Assembly (NCBI RefSeq): GCF_009914755.1
Contig: NC_060929.1
Strand: one strand, 5' to 3'
Length of the DNA: 64,000 nucleotides
Source of the DNA: the human T2T-CHM13v2.0 reference genome, Homo sapiens
Position 1 is the first letter of the stretch. The number at the start of each line of letters is the position of its first letter. Below are positions 1 through 16,141 of this stretch, one piece after another. Made by a program: the position numbers and the translations under genes. Below the pieces are notes generated by a model. The model searched no databases, was not told the origin of the DNA, and saw only the letters and a list, made by a program, of their open reading frames with translations.

Positions 1-6
1 CACTAG

Positions 7-192
<186 letters not shown>

Positions 193-757
193 TAATTTTT
201 TGTATTTTTAGTAGAGATAGGGTTTCACCATGTTGGCCAGGCTGGTCTCGAACTCCTGACCTCAGGTAATCCACCCATCTTGGCTTCCCAAAGTCCTGGG
301 ATTTCAGGCATGAGCCATTGCACCTGGCCGAGTGCTTCAGTTTCTATGCATCCTCACCAGCATTTGGTGTGGTCACTATTTTAATTTTAGCCATTCGTGT
401 AGATATGTAGTAATGTCTCATCTCATTATGTTTTGTTTTTTTTTTTGAGACGGAATGTTGCTCTTGTTGCCCAGACTGGAGTGCAGTGATGCCATCTCGG
501 TTCACTGCAACCTCCACCTGCTGAGTTCAAGCAATTCTCGTGCGTCAGCCTCTGGAGTAGCTGGGATTATAGGTGTGCATCACCACGCCTGGCTAATTTT
601 TGTATTTTTTAGTAGACATGGGGTTTCACCACGTTGGCCAGGCTGTTCTTGAACTCCTGACCTCAGGTGAGCTGCCCACCTCGGCCTCCCAAAGTGCTGG
701 GATTACAGTTTTGTATGGTGGATTCCATGCAGAGAGAGTTTTTTCTGTAGTCTAGAT

Positions 758-1097
758 TAGCAGTCCCCAGCCTTTTTGGCACCAGGGACCAAATTCCTGG
801 GAAACAGTTTTTCCACAGGTGGGAGTGGGATGGTTTGGGGATGAAACTTTTCCACCTTAGATTATCACGCATTAGTTAGAATCTCATAAGAAGCGCGCAA
901 CCTAGATCCCTTGCATTTGCAGTTCACAATAGGGTTCATGATCCTCTGAGAATCTAATGCCACCCCTGATGTGACAGGAGTGGGAGCTCAGGCGATAATG
1001 CTCCCTTGTCTGCTGTTCACCTCCTGCTATGCAGCCCGGTTCCTAACAGGCTGAGAGGACCAGTACCATTCTGTGGCCTGGGCGTTGGGGACCCCTG
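758..1097 (+). mobile_element. MER1B-like hAT-Charlie MITE
   Basis: Termini tagcagtcccc...ggggacccctg. 8-bp TSD gtctagat (750-757) / ttctagat (1098-1105) fits the NTCTAGAN Charlie target. Length 340 bp. Confidence 0.85.
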
Positions 1098-1169
1098 TTC
1101 TAGATGATCCACATTCTTTTAAATGCCTATATACAAACCATACTTTCTTTATTTCTTTTCTTTTTTTGA

Positions 1170-1653
<484 letters not shown>

Positions 1654-2515
1654 TGAAAACGTTGCTTCCATTTTTAGATAATTTGTTAGGAAACCAATAA
1701 AATCATACATACTTGTGATTTTCCCTTAGTAAAACACAAATTTTAGTGTTTTTTGCTGTTATTATTAATACTTCTAAAGTTCCTTTCACATTGCTAGTGA
1801 CCTTATATAAAATACCATAATGCTCTTCTAGCAATTGCTGGAAAGATAAAATCTATTTTAGAGAATGAACAATTATATTTTCACATTAGATTAAATTAAA
1901 AGTAATTACTGGTTATGTGATATTCCCTCACATACCAGAGTGAGTCTGAAGGTAGTCTTTCTTTGTAAATTATGAGGCTATATTTCCTGTGTTATCTCTG
2001 ATTTCTCTTGATGCTGTAATTGGAGTTGTTGGGTCTCCCTGGTGAAAGTAGGTGATGTGCAAGTTGTGTCTATACCCAGTGAAAATAACAGACATTAATG
2101 CTACACTAATTTGTCATTGGAATTTTACATTCAAAAGCATTTCTTTTTAAAAATATGATTGTAAATTGGTAATTTATAGTTGTATATACCAAAGGCATTT
2201 CTTTAACGTTATAGTTGGTTCAACTGAAAATACGTTAAGTCTGTTTTTATAATTAGTATATTGAGGAACAGCACTTCCATCGTGTCACAATATATTAAGA
2301 ATTGCCAGCAGGGCACGGTGGCTCACGCCTATAATCCCAGCACTTTGGGAGGCCTAGGCGGGAGGATCACCTGAAGCCAGGAGTCGAGACCAGCCTGGCT
2401 AACGTGGCCAAACCCCTATCTACTAAAAATACAAAAATTAGCCAGGTGTGATGGCGGGTGCCTGTAGTCCCAGCTACTCGGGAGGCTGAGGCAGGAGAAT
2501 CCAGAATTGAATTGA

Positions 2516-3068
<553 letters not shown>

Positions 3069-3520
3069 TAATTTTTTTTGTTTTGTTTTTTGAGACAGTC
3101 TTGCCCCATCGCCCAGGCTGGAGTGCAGTGGTGCCATCTCGGCTCACTGAAAGCTCCGCCTCCCGGGTTCACGCCATTCTCCTGCCTCAGCCTCCCGAGT
3201 AACTGGGACCACAGGTGCCCGCCACCACACCCGGCTAATTTTTTGTATTTTTAGTAGAGACGGGGTTTCACCATGTTAGCCAGGATAGTCTCGTTCTCCT
3301 GACCTCATGATCCGCCTGCCTTGGCCTCCCAAAGTGCTGGGATTACAGGTGTGAGCCACTGCACCTGGCCATGCCCAGCTAATTTTTGTATTTTTTTGTA
3401 GGGATGGGATGGCACTATGTTCCCTAGGCTAGTCTTTAATTCTTGGGTTCAAGTGGTCCTCCTGCCTCGGCCTCCCAAAGTGTTGGGATTACAGGTGTGA
3501 GCCACTGTGCCGAGCCAGGT

Positions 3521-3575
3521 TGTGTGTGTGTGTATGTATGTATGTATGTATGTATGTATGTATGTATGTATGTTT
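3521..3575. repeat. Compound (TG)n(TATG)n microsatellite
   Basis: tgtgtgtgtgtgtatgtatgtatg... Confidence 0.9.
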
Positions 3576-5100
3576 GTATATATTTATATTTATTTTTTTG
3601 GAACTGCATCTCACTTTCATCCAGGCCCGAATGCAGTGACATGATCTCAGCTCACTGCAACTTCTGCCTCCTGGGTTCAAGCGATTCTTTTTTTTTTTTT
3701 TTTTTTTTGAGACGGAGTCTCCCTCTGTCGCCAGGTTCACTGCAAGCTCTGGCTCCCGGGTTCACGCCATTCTCCTGCCTCAGCCTCCCAAGTAGCTGGG
3801 ACTACAGATGCCCACCAGCATGCCTGGCTAATTTTTTGTATTTTTAGTAGAGATGGGGTTTCACTGGGGTTTCACCATGTTAGCCAGGATGGTCTTGATC
3901 TCCTGACCTTGTGATCCGCCCGCCTCTGCTTCCCAAAGTGCTGGGATTACAGGCGTGAGCCACTGCGCCTGGCCATTTCTTTTTTTTTTTTGGCAAGTGA
4001 TTCTTGTGCCTCAGCCTCCCGAGTAGCTGAAATTATAGGCGTGTGCCCTCAACGCCTGGGTAATTTTTGTATTTTTAGTAGAGACAGGGTTTCACCATGT
4101 TGGACAGGCTGGTCTCAAACTCCTGGCCTCAAGTGATCCACCCTCCTCAGCCTCCCAAAGTGCTGGGATAACAGCTGTGAGCCACCGTGCCCTTCCCAGG
4201 TTTTATATTTATTCTTTTTTCCTTTTAAATTATGTTTTTATTTAGGTATTGTACGTAAAGTGCTTTTCTAACAGAGCTTTGGGGCAGAAGTGTTAGGGCA
4301 GGTCATTAAACCACTGAAATTAGTTCTTTGGAGGAGAAGATAATTGTTAGAGTTGTAAGTGAAGTCTTGATAGATACCTTATCAATTTCATAGTAATGTC
4401 TGTGGAATTTCTTTTTCTGTTTTTTTTTTTTTTAATTATTTCTTGAGGATTAACTGCTGATAGTGGAATATCATATATATAGTTGGCTCTTGATGTACTT
4501 ATTTCTGGATGGCTTTCCAAAAGGATTTTACCATTTTACACACAGTTCTAAATAGTATATGAATTTAGCATTTGTCCCACACTTAGATAGCACTGATTTT
4601 TTTTTTTATTAAGTGGGTGCAAAATGCTACTACAAGATTGCTTTAATTACTACAGTTTTATTGATGAAAATGATTTCTACTTGTTTACTGTTTGTATTTT
4701 TTTCTAGGAGTTTTGTGTCTATATTCTTTGCTGATGTATCTTTTTGGATTTAATGTTTTATACATATTAAATTTCTGTCTCATTGGATATAAATATTTTC
4801 CCAATCTGGTTTTCATTTTAGTTAATGATTTTCTGTAGTTGTATAGTCAAAGTTTCATTTATTATATAGCTAGATCTGTGTTTTCGAGTGATTTATTGAT
4901 TCAAAGCTTATTGTGCTTCTAGATATTTGATAAACTGACTTTAGACTCTTGTAAAAATTTGAAGAACTCATATCTACTACAGTCTTACTGATTTAATAGG
5001 GGTTTTAATATCCAGTACTATGCTAATAATTTTTATAGTGTTTTTACGACAATTTTTTGAGAACATAAGTTTTTAGAGCTGTGGATGGAATGTTTTCTGC

Positions 5101-5573
5101 TCTATCAGTTATCCCTTCTGCGTAACAGACCCCTAAGTGTAGCAGCTTAGAGGAGTAAATATTTATTATCTCACATTTTGTAAGGAATCATGGAGTGGCT
5201 TAGCTGGATGGTGCTGGCTCAGTCTCTCTAATGAATTTACAGTCAAGATGTCTGCCAGGGCTGCGGTCTCTGAAGGCTGTAGGATCCCTGTCCAAGACGG
5301 CTCACTCATATGGATGCTAGCTCTTTGTATGAGGCCTGTTCTTTCCCACTTGCACTTCTCCATAGGCCTGCTTACTGTATGGTAGCTGGCTTTTCCCGGA
5401 GTGAGTGATCCAAGAGACAGGGACAGACCAAGCAGGAAGATGCAGTAACTTTTTATGATGTGTATTCTATTGGCTGGCCACACATACCAAGCAGATAGGG
5501 AAGGGATTACACAAAGGCATGAATACCATCAGGCTGGGATAATTGGGGGCCAGCTTGGAATCTGGCTACCATA
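5101..5573 (-). mobile_element. ERVL-MaLR solo LTR (MLT1F/G/H-like)
   Basis: MLT1 motifs tatttattatctcaca, ggcttagctgg, cagtcaagatgt, ending ...ggctaccata. Subfamily uncertain. Confidence 0.75.
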
Positions 5574-6190
5574 TCCAACCAAATAAGAAATTAATAGTTT
5601 TAATTAAAGGAAAAGGATTATATTAAATAGACATTCGTTAGTTTTTACTTTTAAGCTGACCCAATCATTTTTCAGATTGAAGTTTTGAATAGATATATGA
5701 TTAAAAAATACATGAAAAGTTAACCAGTGAAGTGACCTCTGTGCCATGTTTGCTCAGGTAACGCACCTCCAATTCTTGTGCTTTCCCGGAGACCACCTTT
5801 TTTAAGAGAAAGGTAGTGGACTGTGCACACTTGGTCTTCCTTTTTCACATAATGGTGTATGTTGAAATCTTTCCATTTTAGAGCATAGCTTTCCCTTTTT
5901 AATTTTATTATTATTATTATTTTTGAGACAGAGTCTCCCTCTGTCGCCCCAGCTGGAATGCAATGGTGCGATCTCGGCTCACTGCAACCTCCAGCTCCTG
6001 GGTTCAAGTGATTCTCCTGCCTCAGCCACCTGAGTAGCTGGGATTACAGTCGCCTGCCACCATGCTCGGCTAATTTTTGTATTTTTAGTAGCGACGGGGT
6101 TTCACCATGTTGGCCAGGCTGGTCTCGAACTCCTGACCTCAGGTTATCCACCTACCTCAGCCTCCCAAAGTGCTGGGATTACAGGCGTGA

Positions 6191-6388
<198 letters not shown>

Positions 6389-8417
6389 TAGGTTTCTCCA
6401 TGTTGGTCAGGCTCGTGTCAAACTCCCTACCTCAGGGGATCCGCCCACCTTGGCCTCCCAAAGTGCTGGGATTATAGACGTTAGCCACCGCGCCTGGCCT
6501 AATTTTTGTATTTTCAGTAGAAATTTTTGTATTTCACTGTATTGGTCAGGCTGGTCTGGAACTCCTGAGCTCAGGTGATCCACCCGCCTCGGCCTCCCAA
6601 AGTGCTGGGATAACAGGAGTGAGCCACTAGGTGTGACCTAATTTTTGTATTTTTAGTAGAGATGGGATTTCACCATGTCGGCTAAGCTGGTCTCGAACTC
6701 CTGACCTCAGGTGATCTGCCTGCCTTGGCCTCCCAATGTGCTGGGATTATAGGCATAAGCCACCGCACTGGCTTTTTTTTTTTTTTTTTTTTTAAACCTG
6801 GATGGTTTTATTTTGCATGAATGTATAGATATTTCCTGTTCATACATTCTGAAAGTGAACAACTGTATATATGCAATTTATTTTTATTCTTATTTATTTA
6901 TTTGTTTATTTTTTGAGACCAGAGTCTCACTCTGTCGCCCAGGCTAGAGTGCAATGACACAATCTCGGTTCACTGCAACCTCTGCCTCCTGGGTTAAGCA
7001 ATTCTTCTGCCTCAGCTTCCCCAGTAGCTGGGATTACAGGTGTCCGCTAATTTTTGTATTTTTACAAAATACACCCAGGTAATTTTTTGTAATTTTGGTA
7101 GAGACAGGTTTCACCATGTCGGCCAGGCTGGTCTCGAACTCCTGACCTCAGGTGATATGCCCGACTCAGCCTCCCAAAGTGCTGGGATTACAGGTGTGAG
7201 CCACTGCGTCTGGCCTGCATGGGGATTCTTAATGAAGATTAATTATTGTAGTTGAGGGGGAAAAGGAATAATAAATATTTATTGGACCCTAAATACCTTC
7301 GAATATGGAATACCCTAGGTATTCTAGGGCATTTAGGGACCAATAAATATTTATTCCTCCGTACTCTTCCCTCGCTCTTTTCAGATTTTTTTTTTTTTTT
7401 TTTTTTTTTTGAGATGGAGTCTTGCTCTGTCTCCAGGCTGGAGTGCAGTGGCGCGATCTTGGCTCACTGCAACCTCTGCCTCCTGGGTTGAAGTGATTCT
7501 CTTGCCTCAGCCTCCTGAGTGGCTGGGACTACAGGTGCATACCACTATGCCCAGCTAATTTTTGTATTTTTTGTAGAGACAGGCTTTCACCATGTTGGCC
7601 AGGATGGTCTCGTTCTTTAGACCTCGTGATCTGTCTTCCTCAGCCTCCCAAAGTGTTGGAATTACAGGCGTAAGCCTCCGCCGGGCCTTTTTTAGATTTT
7701 TAAGAGAATTTTTGTTAAAGCATGAACTTAAAAAATCAGACTTGGCTTGGAGCGGTGGCTCATGGCCTCTAGTCCCAGGACTTTGGGTGGCTGAGGCAAG
7801 TGGATTGCTTGAGCCCAGGAGTTCAAGACCTGCCTTGGCAATAATATCAAGACCCCCTCTTCATGAAAAACAATCAAGCTAATACTTGATACTATTTTAC
7901 ATAAGAATTTTTTATAGTATGTCATGTTTTAATGTATATTGGTTATATAGTTGCAAATTTAAAGGCATGGTGGTGGCTCATACCTGTAATCCCAGCACTT
8001 TGGGAGGCTGGGGCGGGCAGATCTTCTGAGGTCAGGAGTTCAAGACCAGCCTGGCCAACATGGTGGAACCCCGTCTTAGGCTGAGGCAGGAGAATAGCTT
8101 GTGCCCAGGAGGCAGAGGTTGCTTTGAGCTGAGATCGCACCACGGCATTCCAGCCTGGAGGACAGAGCGAGACTCTGTCTCTAAATAAATAAATAAATAA
8201 ATAAATGTATACTAACTGCATTAGCAAGACTCCGTCTCTAAATAAATAAGTGAATAAATAAATGTATACTAATTGCATTTTAAAAATCAAAGTATAGGCC
8301 GGGTACGGTGGCTCACAACTGTAATCCTAGCACTTTTGGAGGCTGAGGTGGATGGATCACCTGAGGTCAGGAGTTTGAGACCAGCCTGACCAACATGGTG
8401 AAACTTTGTCTCTACTA

Positions 8418-8615
<198 letters not shown>

Positions 8616-8869
8616 TCACCCTCTTTGGCCAGGCGCAGTGGCTCATGCCTGTAATCCCAGCACTTTGGGAGGTAGAGGTGGGCAGATCACTTGAGGTCAG
8701 GGAGTTTGAGACCAGCCTGGCCAACATGGTGAAACCCCATCTCTACTAAAAATACAAAAATTAGCCCGGTGTGGTGGCATACACCTGTAATCCACCTACT
8801 CAGGACGCTGAGTCTGCACTCAGTCCCTGGGCTACAGGGTGAAACTGTATCTCAAAAATAAAGAATAAA

Positions 8870-9440
8870 ATGCAGCTACTTAAAGGGTGTAGAGTTGAAC
8901 AACTGTTACCACTGTCTAATTCCAGAACCTTTCATCACCCCAAAAGAAAACCCATTCCCAGCAGTCATTTCCCATTAAGTCTCCTCTAGCCCCTCACAAC
9001 CACTAATCTAATTCATGTTTCTATGTATTTGCCTATTCTAGGCGTTTCATACAAATACAGTCATATAATTTGTGGCCTTTCGTGTCTGACTTGTTTAACT
9101 TAGCATAATGTTTTAAGGCCCATTTATGTTGTTGTATGTATGCATACTTCATTCCATTTTACTGCTGAATATTGCTTTGTACTGATGCCACTTTTTGTTT
9201 GTCTTTTCATCACTTGACGGACATTTTGTTTCTTCCACTTTGTGGCTGTTACAGGCAGTGCTACTGTGAAAATTTGTATTAAAGTTTTAGCGTGAATATA
9301 TGTTTTCAGTTCTCTTGGGAAAATACCTAGAAGTGGTATTGTCGGATCATAGGGTCATTCTATGTTTAGCATTTTGAGGAACAGCCAGACTGTTTTACAT
9401 AGTGGTTGCACCGTTTTACAGTCCTACTTTAGCCTATATG
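8870..9440 (-). mobile_element. Old L1M 3' end fragment (Alu-interrupted)
   Basis: Antisense L1 3'UTR motifs (ttccagaacctttcatcacccc, cttagcataatgttt, aatacctagaagtgg, cagactgttttacatagtggttgcacc). Confidence 0.75.
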
Positions 9441-9448
9441 GGTTCTAA

Positions 9449-9450
9449 TT

Positions 9451-9502
<52 letters not shown>

Positions 9503-9555
9503 TTCTTTCTTTTCTTTCTTTTCTTTCTTTTCTTTCTTTCTTTCTTTCTTTTTTT
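9449..9555. repeat. (TTTC)n microsatellite derived from an Alu tail
   Basis: About 100 bp of tttc/ttttc repeats directly abutting an antisense Alu. Confidence 0.92.
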
Positions 9556-9873
9556 AGAACAGAGTCTCCCTCTGTAGCCCAGGCTGGAGTGCAGTGGCAT
9601 GGTCTTGGCTCACTGCAGCCTCCGCCTCTCGGGTTCAAGCAATTCTCTGCCTCAGCCTCCCAAGTAGCTTGGACTACAGGCGCCCGCCACCACGCCTGGC
9701 TAATGTTTGTATTTTTGGTAGTGACAGGGTTTCACCACATTGGCCAGGTTGGTCTTGAACTCCTGACCTCAGGTGATTCACCCACCTCGGCCTCCCAAAG
9801 TGCCGAGATTACAGGCATGAGCCACTGCATCCGGGCGTGGGTTCTAAATTCTTAATATTCTCATCAACATTTA

Positions 9874-9993
<120 letters not shown>

Positions 9994-10036
9994 CTAGGTG
10001 ATGAAGTGAGACTTCATCTCAAAAAAAAAAAAAAGG

Positions 10037-10076
10037 AAGTAATGGCAAAAACTGGAATTATTTTGCACCAACTTAA
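10037..10076. mobile_element. Half MADE1 (Hsmar1-family MITE) with one terminal inverted repeat (TIR)
   Basis: aagtaatggcaaaaactggaattattttgcaccaacttaa resembles one MADE1 arm (AAGTAATGGCAAAAACCGCAATTACTTTTGCACCAACCTAA). The other arm is not visible. Confidence 0.75.
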
Positions 10077-10121
10077 ATATTTAGATCTTTAATACCTTTG
10101 GAAAGTTTTTTATATATAGTT

Positions 10122-10193
10122 TGTGTGTGTGTGTGTGTATATATACACACATATATATATACACACACATATATACACACATATATATGAATG

Positions 10194-10224
<31 letters not shown>

Positions 10225-10260
10225 GAATGATATATATATATATATATGAATGAATGAATG
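10122..10260. repeat. Compound (TG)n/(TA)n/(CA)n/(TGAA)n microsatellite
   Basis: Directly visible dinucleotide runs at an Alu tail. Confidence 0.9.
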
Positions 10261-10813
10261 AGATGGAGTCTCACTCTGTCACCCAGGCAGGAGTGCAGTG
10301 GTGCCATTTTGGCTTATGGCAGCCTCCGCCTCCGGGGTTCAAGTGATTCTTGTACCTCAGCCTCCCGAGTTGCTGGGATTACAGGCACTCGCCACCATGC
10401 CCGGATTTTTTGTCTTAATTCATGAAGGATGAATTAAGTCTGCAGTTGTTCTTTTTCCCTTTTTCTTTCCAGTTTTTTTTTTTGTTTGTTTGTTTGTTTT
10501 TGAGACACAGTCTCACTCGGTTGTCCAGGCTGGAGTGCGGTGGCAGTATCTTGGCTCCCTGTAACCCATCTCCCTGGTTCAAGCGATTCCGGTGCCTCAG
10601 CTTCCCAAGTAGCTAGGATTACAGGTGTGTGACACCACACCTGGTTAATTTTTGTATTTTTAGTAGAGACGAGGTTTCACCGCATTGGTTAGGTTGGTCT
10701 CAAAACTCCTGACCTCAGGTGAACCGCCCACCTAAGCCTTCCAAAGTGCTGAGATTACATGCATGAGCCACCAAGTCTGGCCTAAGTCTGAATTTTTTTT
10801 TTTTTTTTTTTGA

Positions 10814-10972
<159 letters not shown>

Positions 10973-11071
10973 TAGAGATGGGGTTTCTCCGTGTTGAGAC
11001 TGGTCTCGAACTCCTGACCTCAGGTGATCCGCCTGCCTCGGCCTCCCAAAGTGCTGGGATTACAGGTGTGA

Positions 11072-11212
<141 letters not shown>

Positions 11213-13301
11213 TGAGTACCTGGGACCACAGGTGTGCACCACCATGCCTGAATAATTTTTTTGTGTTTTTGTAGAGATGGAGTTTCACCATGTTGGCCAG
11301 GCTGATCTTGAACTACTGACCTCAGGTGATGTGCCTGCCTCCGCCTTCCCAAGTGCTGGGATTACAGGCATGAGCTACTGTACCCGGCTAAGTGTACAGT
11401 GTTCTTGTGATGTCTTTGTCTGGTGTTGGTATCAGGGTAATACTGTCTTCAAGATTACCCTTGAATGAGCTTTACTTCATTTTTTAATGTGTTTTTTTTT
11501 CTTTTCTTTTGTTTTTTGTTTTTGAGACAGAGTTTCACTCTGTCGCACAGGCTGGAATCCACACTCTAGGCTCGCTGCAGCCTCCACCTCCCAGGTTCAA
11601 GAGATTCTCCTGTGTCAGCCTCTTGAGTAGCTGGGGTTACAGGCACGTGCCACGACGCCCGGCTGATTTTTTTGTATTTTTAGTAGTGACGGGCTTTCAC
11701 CATGTTGGCCAGGCTGGTCTCGAACTCCTGACATCAAGTGACCTGCCTTCCTCAGCCTCCCAAAGTGTTGGGATTACAGGAGTGAGCCACTGTGCCCCGC
11801 CTGCAATTACTTCTTAAGTTCTCAATTAAAAGAGAGTTTATCAAGGACTTTTTTTGGTAATTTTGCATTTTGAAAATTGCTAACATTAACTGGGACAGCC
11901 CTTTTATTTATTTATTTGTCACTCAGTTGTTTTTTTGAGTTGCCTACTATGTCCCAGGCACTGGTAAGATAGGAGTATCATTGTACCTGAGGCAGGGCAA
12001 CATGTGCTTGCTTGAGAGGAGCATGATCTAGGATTATAAGGACTGCAACCTCCCCTTCCCAGGTTGAAGCAGTTCTCATGCCTCAGCCTCCCAAGTAGCT
12101 GGGACTACAGCCATGAGCCACCACGCCCAGCTAATTTTTGTGTTTTTAGTAGAGATGAGGTTTCCCCATGTTGGCCAGGCTAGTCTCAACTTCTGGACCT
12201 CAGGTGATCTGCCCACTTCAGCCTCCCAAAGTGCTGAAATTACAGGAGTAATTTTATTCTCCCAAAGCTGCTGCTTTGGGAGAATAAAAAGTTGAGTATG
12301 GGCCAGGCATGGGGGCTGATGCCTGTGATCGCAGCACTTTAGGAGACTGAGGTGGGAGTCTAGCTTGAGCCCAGTAGTTTGAGACAAGCCTGGGGAACAT
12401 AGGGAGATCCGGCCTCTACAAAAAAAATAAATTAGCTGGGTGGAGTGGCATGTGCCTGTGGTCCCAGCTACTTGGGTGGTTGAGGTGGGAAGATATCTGA
12501 GCTCAGGAGTTCCAGGCTGCAGTGAGCTCTGATTATGCACTCCAGCCTGGGTGACAGAGTGAGATGCTGTCTCAAAAAAAAAAATTCAGTGTGGCGTGAT
12601 TAGGCTGGGAGGGTGGGGCAGGAAGGGATGACATTGGAGGGGTAGGCAAGGTGTAGATAGACCTTTCCCTATATTCTCCTATTTTTAAAAAATTTTTTTC
12701 TAAATAGAGATAGGGTCTTACTATTTTGCCCAGGCTGGGTCTCAAACTCCTGGGCTCAAGTAATCCTTCCATCTAGGCCTCTATTTTTTGTGCAAACGAT
12801 TGAAATTATATTTTTTTTACCTGAATTTTTCCTGTGAACATTGGGTTATTTATAAACCTGTTTTCTGTTTCTTTCTTTCTTTTTTTTTTTTTTTGTTTTT
12901 GTTTTTTGAGATAGAGTCCAGCCTGGAGTGCTGTGGCATGATCTTGGCACACTTGCAACCTCTGCCTCCTGGGTTCAGGTGATTCTCCTCCTCTAGCCTC
13001 CTCCACGCCTGGCTAATATTTGTATTTTTAGTAGAGATGGGGTTTCACCATGTTGGCCGGGCTGTTCTTGAACTCCTGGTTTCAACAGATCCACCTGCCT
13101 CAGCCTGCCAAAGTGCTGAGATTACAGGTGTGAGCCACTGTTCTAGGCACTTGTTTCTGTTTCTTAATTTTGGCTGCTACTCAGTGGGAAAAAGCACAGA
13201 TTGAATCTAATTGAGGCCGGGCGCTGTGGCTCACTCCTGTAATTTCAGCACTTTGGGAGGCTGAGGTGGGCAGATCACCTGAGATCCAGAGTTCGAGACT
13301 A

Positions 13302-13526
<225 letters not shown>

Positions 13527-14333
13527 TCATCGGGTCTTTCCAAATTTTTACTAGGAATTTGTTAAAATTAACCAGGCTGGAAGTCATTATAGTTTGTTTG
13601 TTTGTTTGTTTGAGATGGGGGTCTCACTCTGTCACGCAGGCTGGAGTTCAGTGGTAGGATCTCGGCTCACTGCAACCTCTGCATCCCAGATTCAAGCGAT
13701 CCTCTCACCTCTGCCTCATGAGTAGTTGGAACCACAGGCATGTGTCACCATGCTTTTGTAGAGACAGGGTTTCTTTCGCCCTATTGGCTAGGCTGGTCTC
13801 AAACTTGTGAGCTCAAGCGATCCGCCCACCTTGGCCTCCCAAAGTGCTGGGATTACAGGCATGAGTTACCTTGCCTTGCCCATTATAGCTTTTTTGAGGC
13901 TGGGTCTTACTCTCTGTCATGCAGGCTGGACTGCAGTGGTGTGATCTAAGCTCACTGCCTCCTGGGCTCAAGCAGTCCTCCCACCTCAGCCTCCTGAGTA
14001 GCTGGCACAGGCGCTACCTCACCCATCTAATTTTTTATTTTTTTTAGAGATGGGGTTTTGCCATGTTTGCCCAGGCTGGTCTAGAATTCATGAGCTCAAG
14101 TGATCTACCTGCCTCGGCCTCCCAATGTGCTGGGATTACAGACATGAGCCACTATGTTCAGCCATACCTGGCTAATTTTTAAAAAATGTTTTCAAGAGAC
14201 AGGGTCTCCCTGTGTTGCCCAGGTTGGTCTCAAGTTCCTGGGATTACTGCTGGCCTTCAAAAGTAAATGTGAAATAATTAGTTAATTTCTCCCTCAGTTG
14301 ACAAATAATGCCAAAAGTGATAAAGATTAATGA

Positions 14334-14576
<243 letters not shown>

Positions 14577-14679
14577 TGATCCACCCACCTTGGCCTCCCA
14601 AAGTGCTGGGATTACAGGCATGAGCCACCGCGCCCAGCCATGAAATTTCTTACGTAGAAAGGCAGCTTGGGATTGTAGA

Positions 14680-15075
14680 AAGAATGTAGGCTTTGGAGTT
14701 GGACAGGCCTCCATTTGAGACCATACTTGAGTCCCGTGCTTGCCTTAGACAAAGAACCTCTCAACCTTAGTTTTTAATCTATAAGGTGTTTTGAAAATTA
14801 ATTCCTAGTTCAGTACATGGCACATGGTAGGTACCTGCTGCTATCCATAATTCTCTTAGTTAATATATTCGGTGCCACATGCCAGGCAGCCAGGATCTGT
14901 ACTAAGCACCTAATAAGTATTATCTCATTTAATCCTCAAAAGAACCCCACCTGAGTTGCTAGACAGCCATTATTTCAGGGTTACACATTAGGAAATTGAA
15001 GCTTAGAGAGATTTAAGTGGTTAGCCAAGTGATGGTGCTGGTATTCCAACTAAGGTCATCTGCTTTCAGAGCATT
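14680..15075. mobile_element. Two MIR fragments in inverted orientation
   Basis: ggctttggagt...ccttagtttt on +. tatctcatttaatcctca...gaaattgaagcttagagag on -. Confidence 0.65.
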
Positions 15076-16036
15076 TACTTTCTGTTAGGCTGCCTCTCCT
15101 GTTGCAAAGTACTAAGAACACAACTACATAATGTATTTTTAGTGGATTCTTGTCTTTTTGTAAATAGAAGGTTAAAATGAGAGGAATTTTTTTTTTGTTT
15201 GGGAGACGTGGTCTCGCTCTGATGAGAGCTAGAAATTTGATTACTTGTATTTCTGGTCTGCATAAAAATTTGGCCTAAAAACATCAATAGAAAGGCAAGT
15301 GTCATCTGCAAATCTGTCCCATCCTGTTCTTCACAGGAAAATGTAACCTTTTTTTTTTTTTTTTTCTTTTTTTGAGATGGAGTCTAGCTCTGTTGCCCAA
15401 GCTGGAGTGCAATGGCATGGTTTCCCGCTCACTGCAACCTCTGCCTTCTGGGTTCTAGCAGTTCTCCTGCCTCAGCCTCCTGAGTAGCTGGGATTACAGG
15501 CGCCTGCCACCATGCCTGGCTAATTTTTGTATTTTTAGTAGAGACAGGGTTTCACCATGTTGGCCAGGCTGGTCTTTAACTCCTGACCTCAGGTGATCCG
15601 CCTGCCTCGGCCTCCCAAAGTGCTGGGATCACAGGTGTGAGCCACTGCGCCCGGGCTCAAAATGTAACGTCTGTCTAGTATGAGGATTTATTTCCTTGTC
15701 TGACTTCTGAGTTGTAATCGTTTATTAACAATCACATTGTAAGTTTATCTATGAAGTAATAAAATGTTCTTTCTGTATATTATACTGGAAATGAATGCTT
15801 CATTCAAAAAATAGTTTTATCTTGGGAAGGTAGCCACTTTTTAAAAATTGAGGTAAAACGGCCAGGCACGGTGGCTCACGCCCATAATTCCAGCACTTTG
15901 GGAGGCCAAGGTGGGTGGAGATCACCTGAGGTCAGAAGTTCAAGACCAGCCTGGCCAATATGGTGAAACTCCATCTCTACTAAAATACAAAAATTAGACC
16001 GGCATGGTGGCAGGTGCCTGTAATCCCAGCTACTCA

Positions 16037-16141
<105 letters not shown>

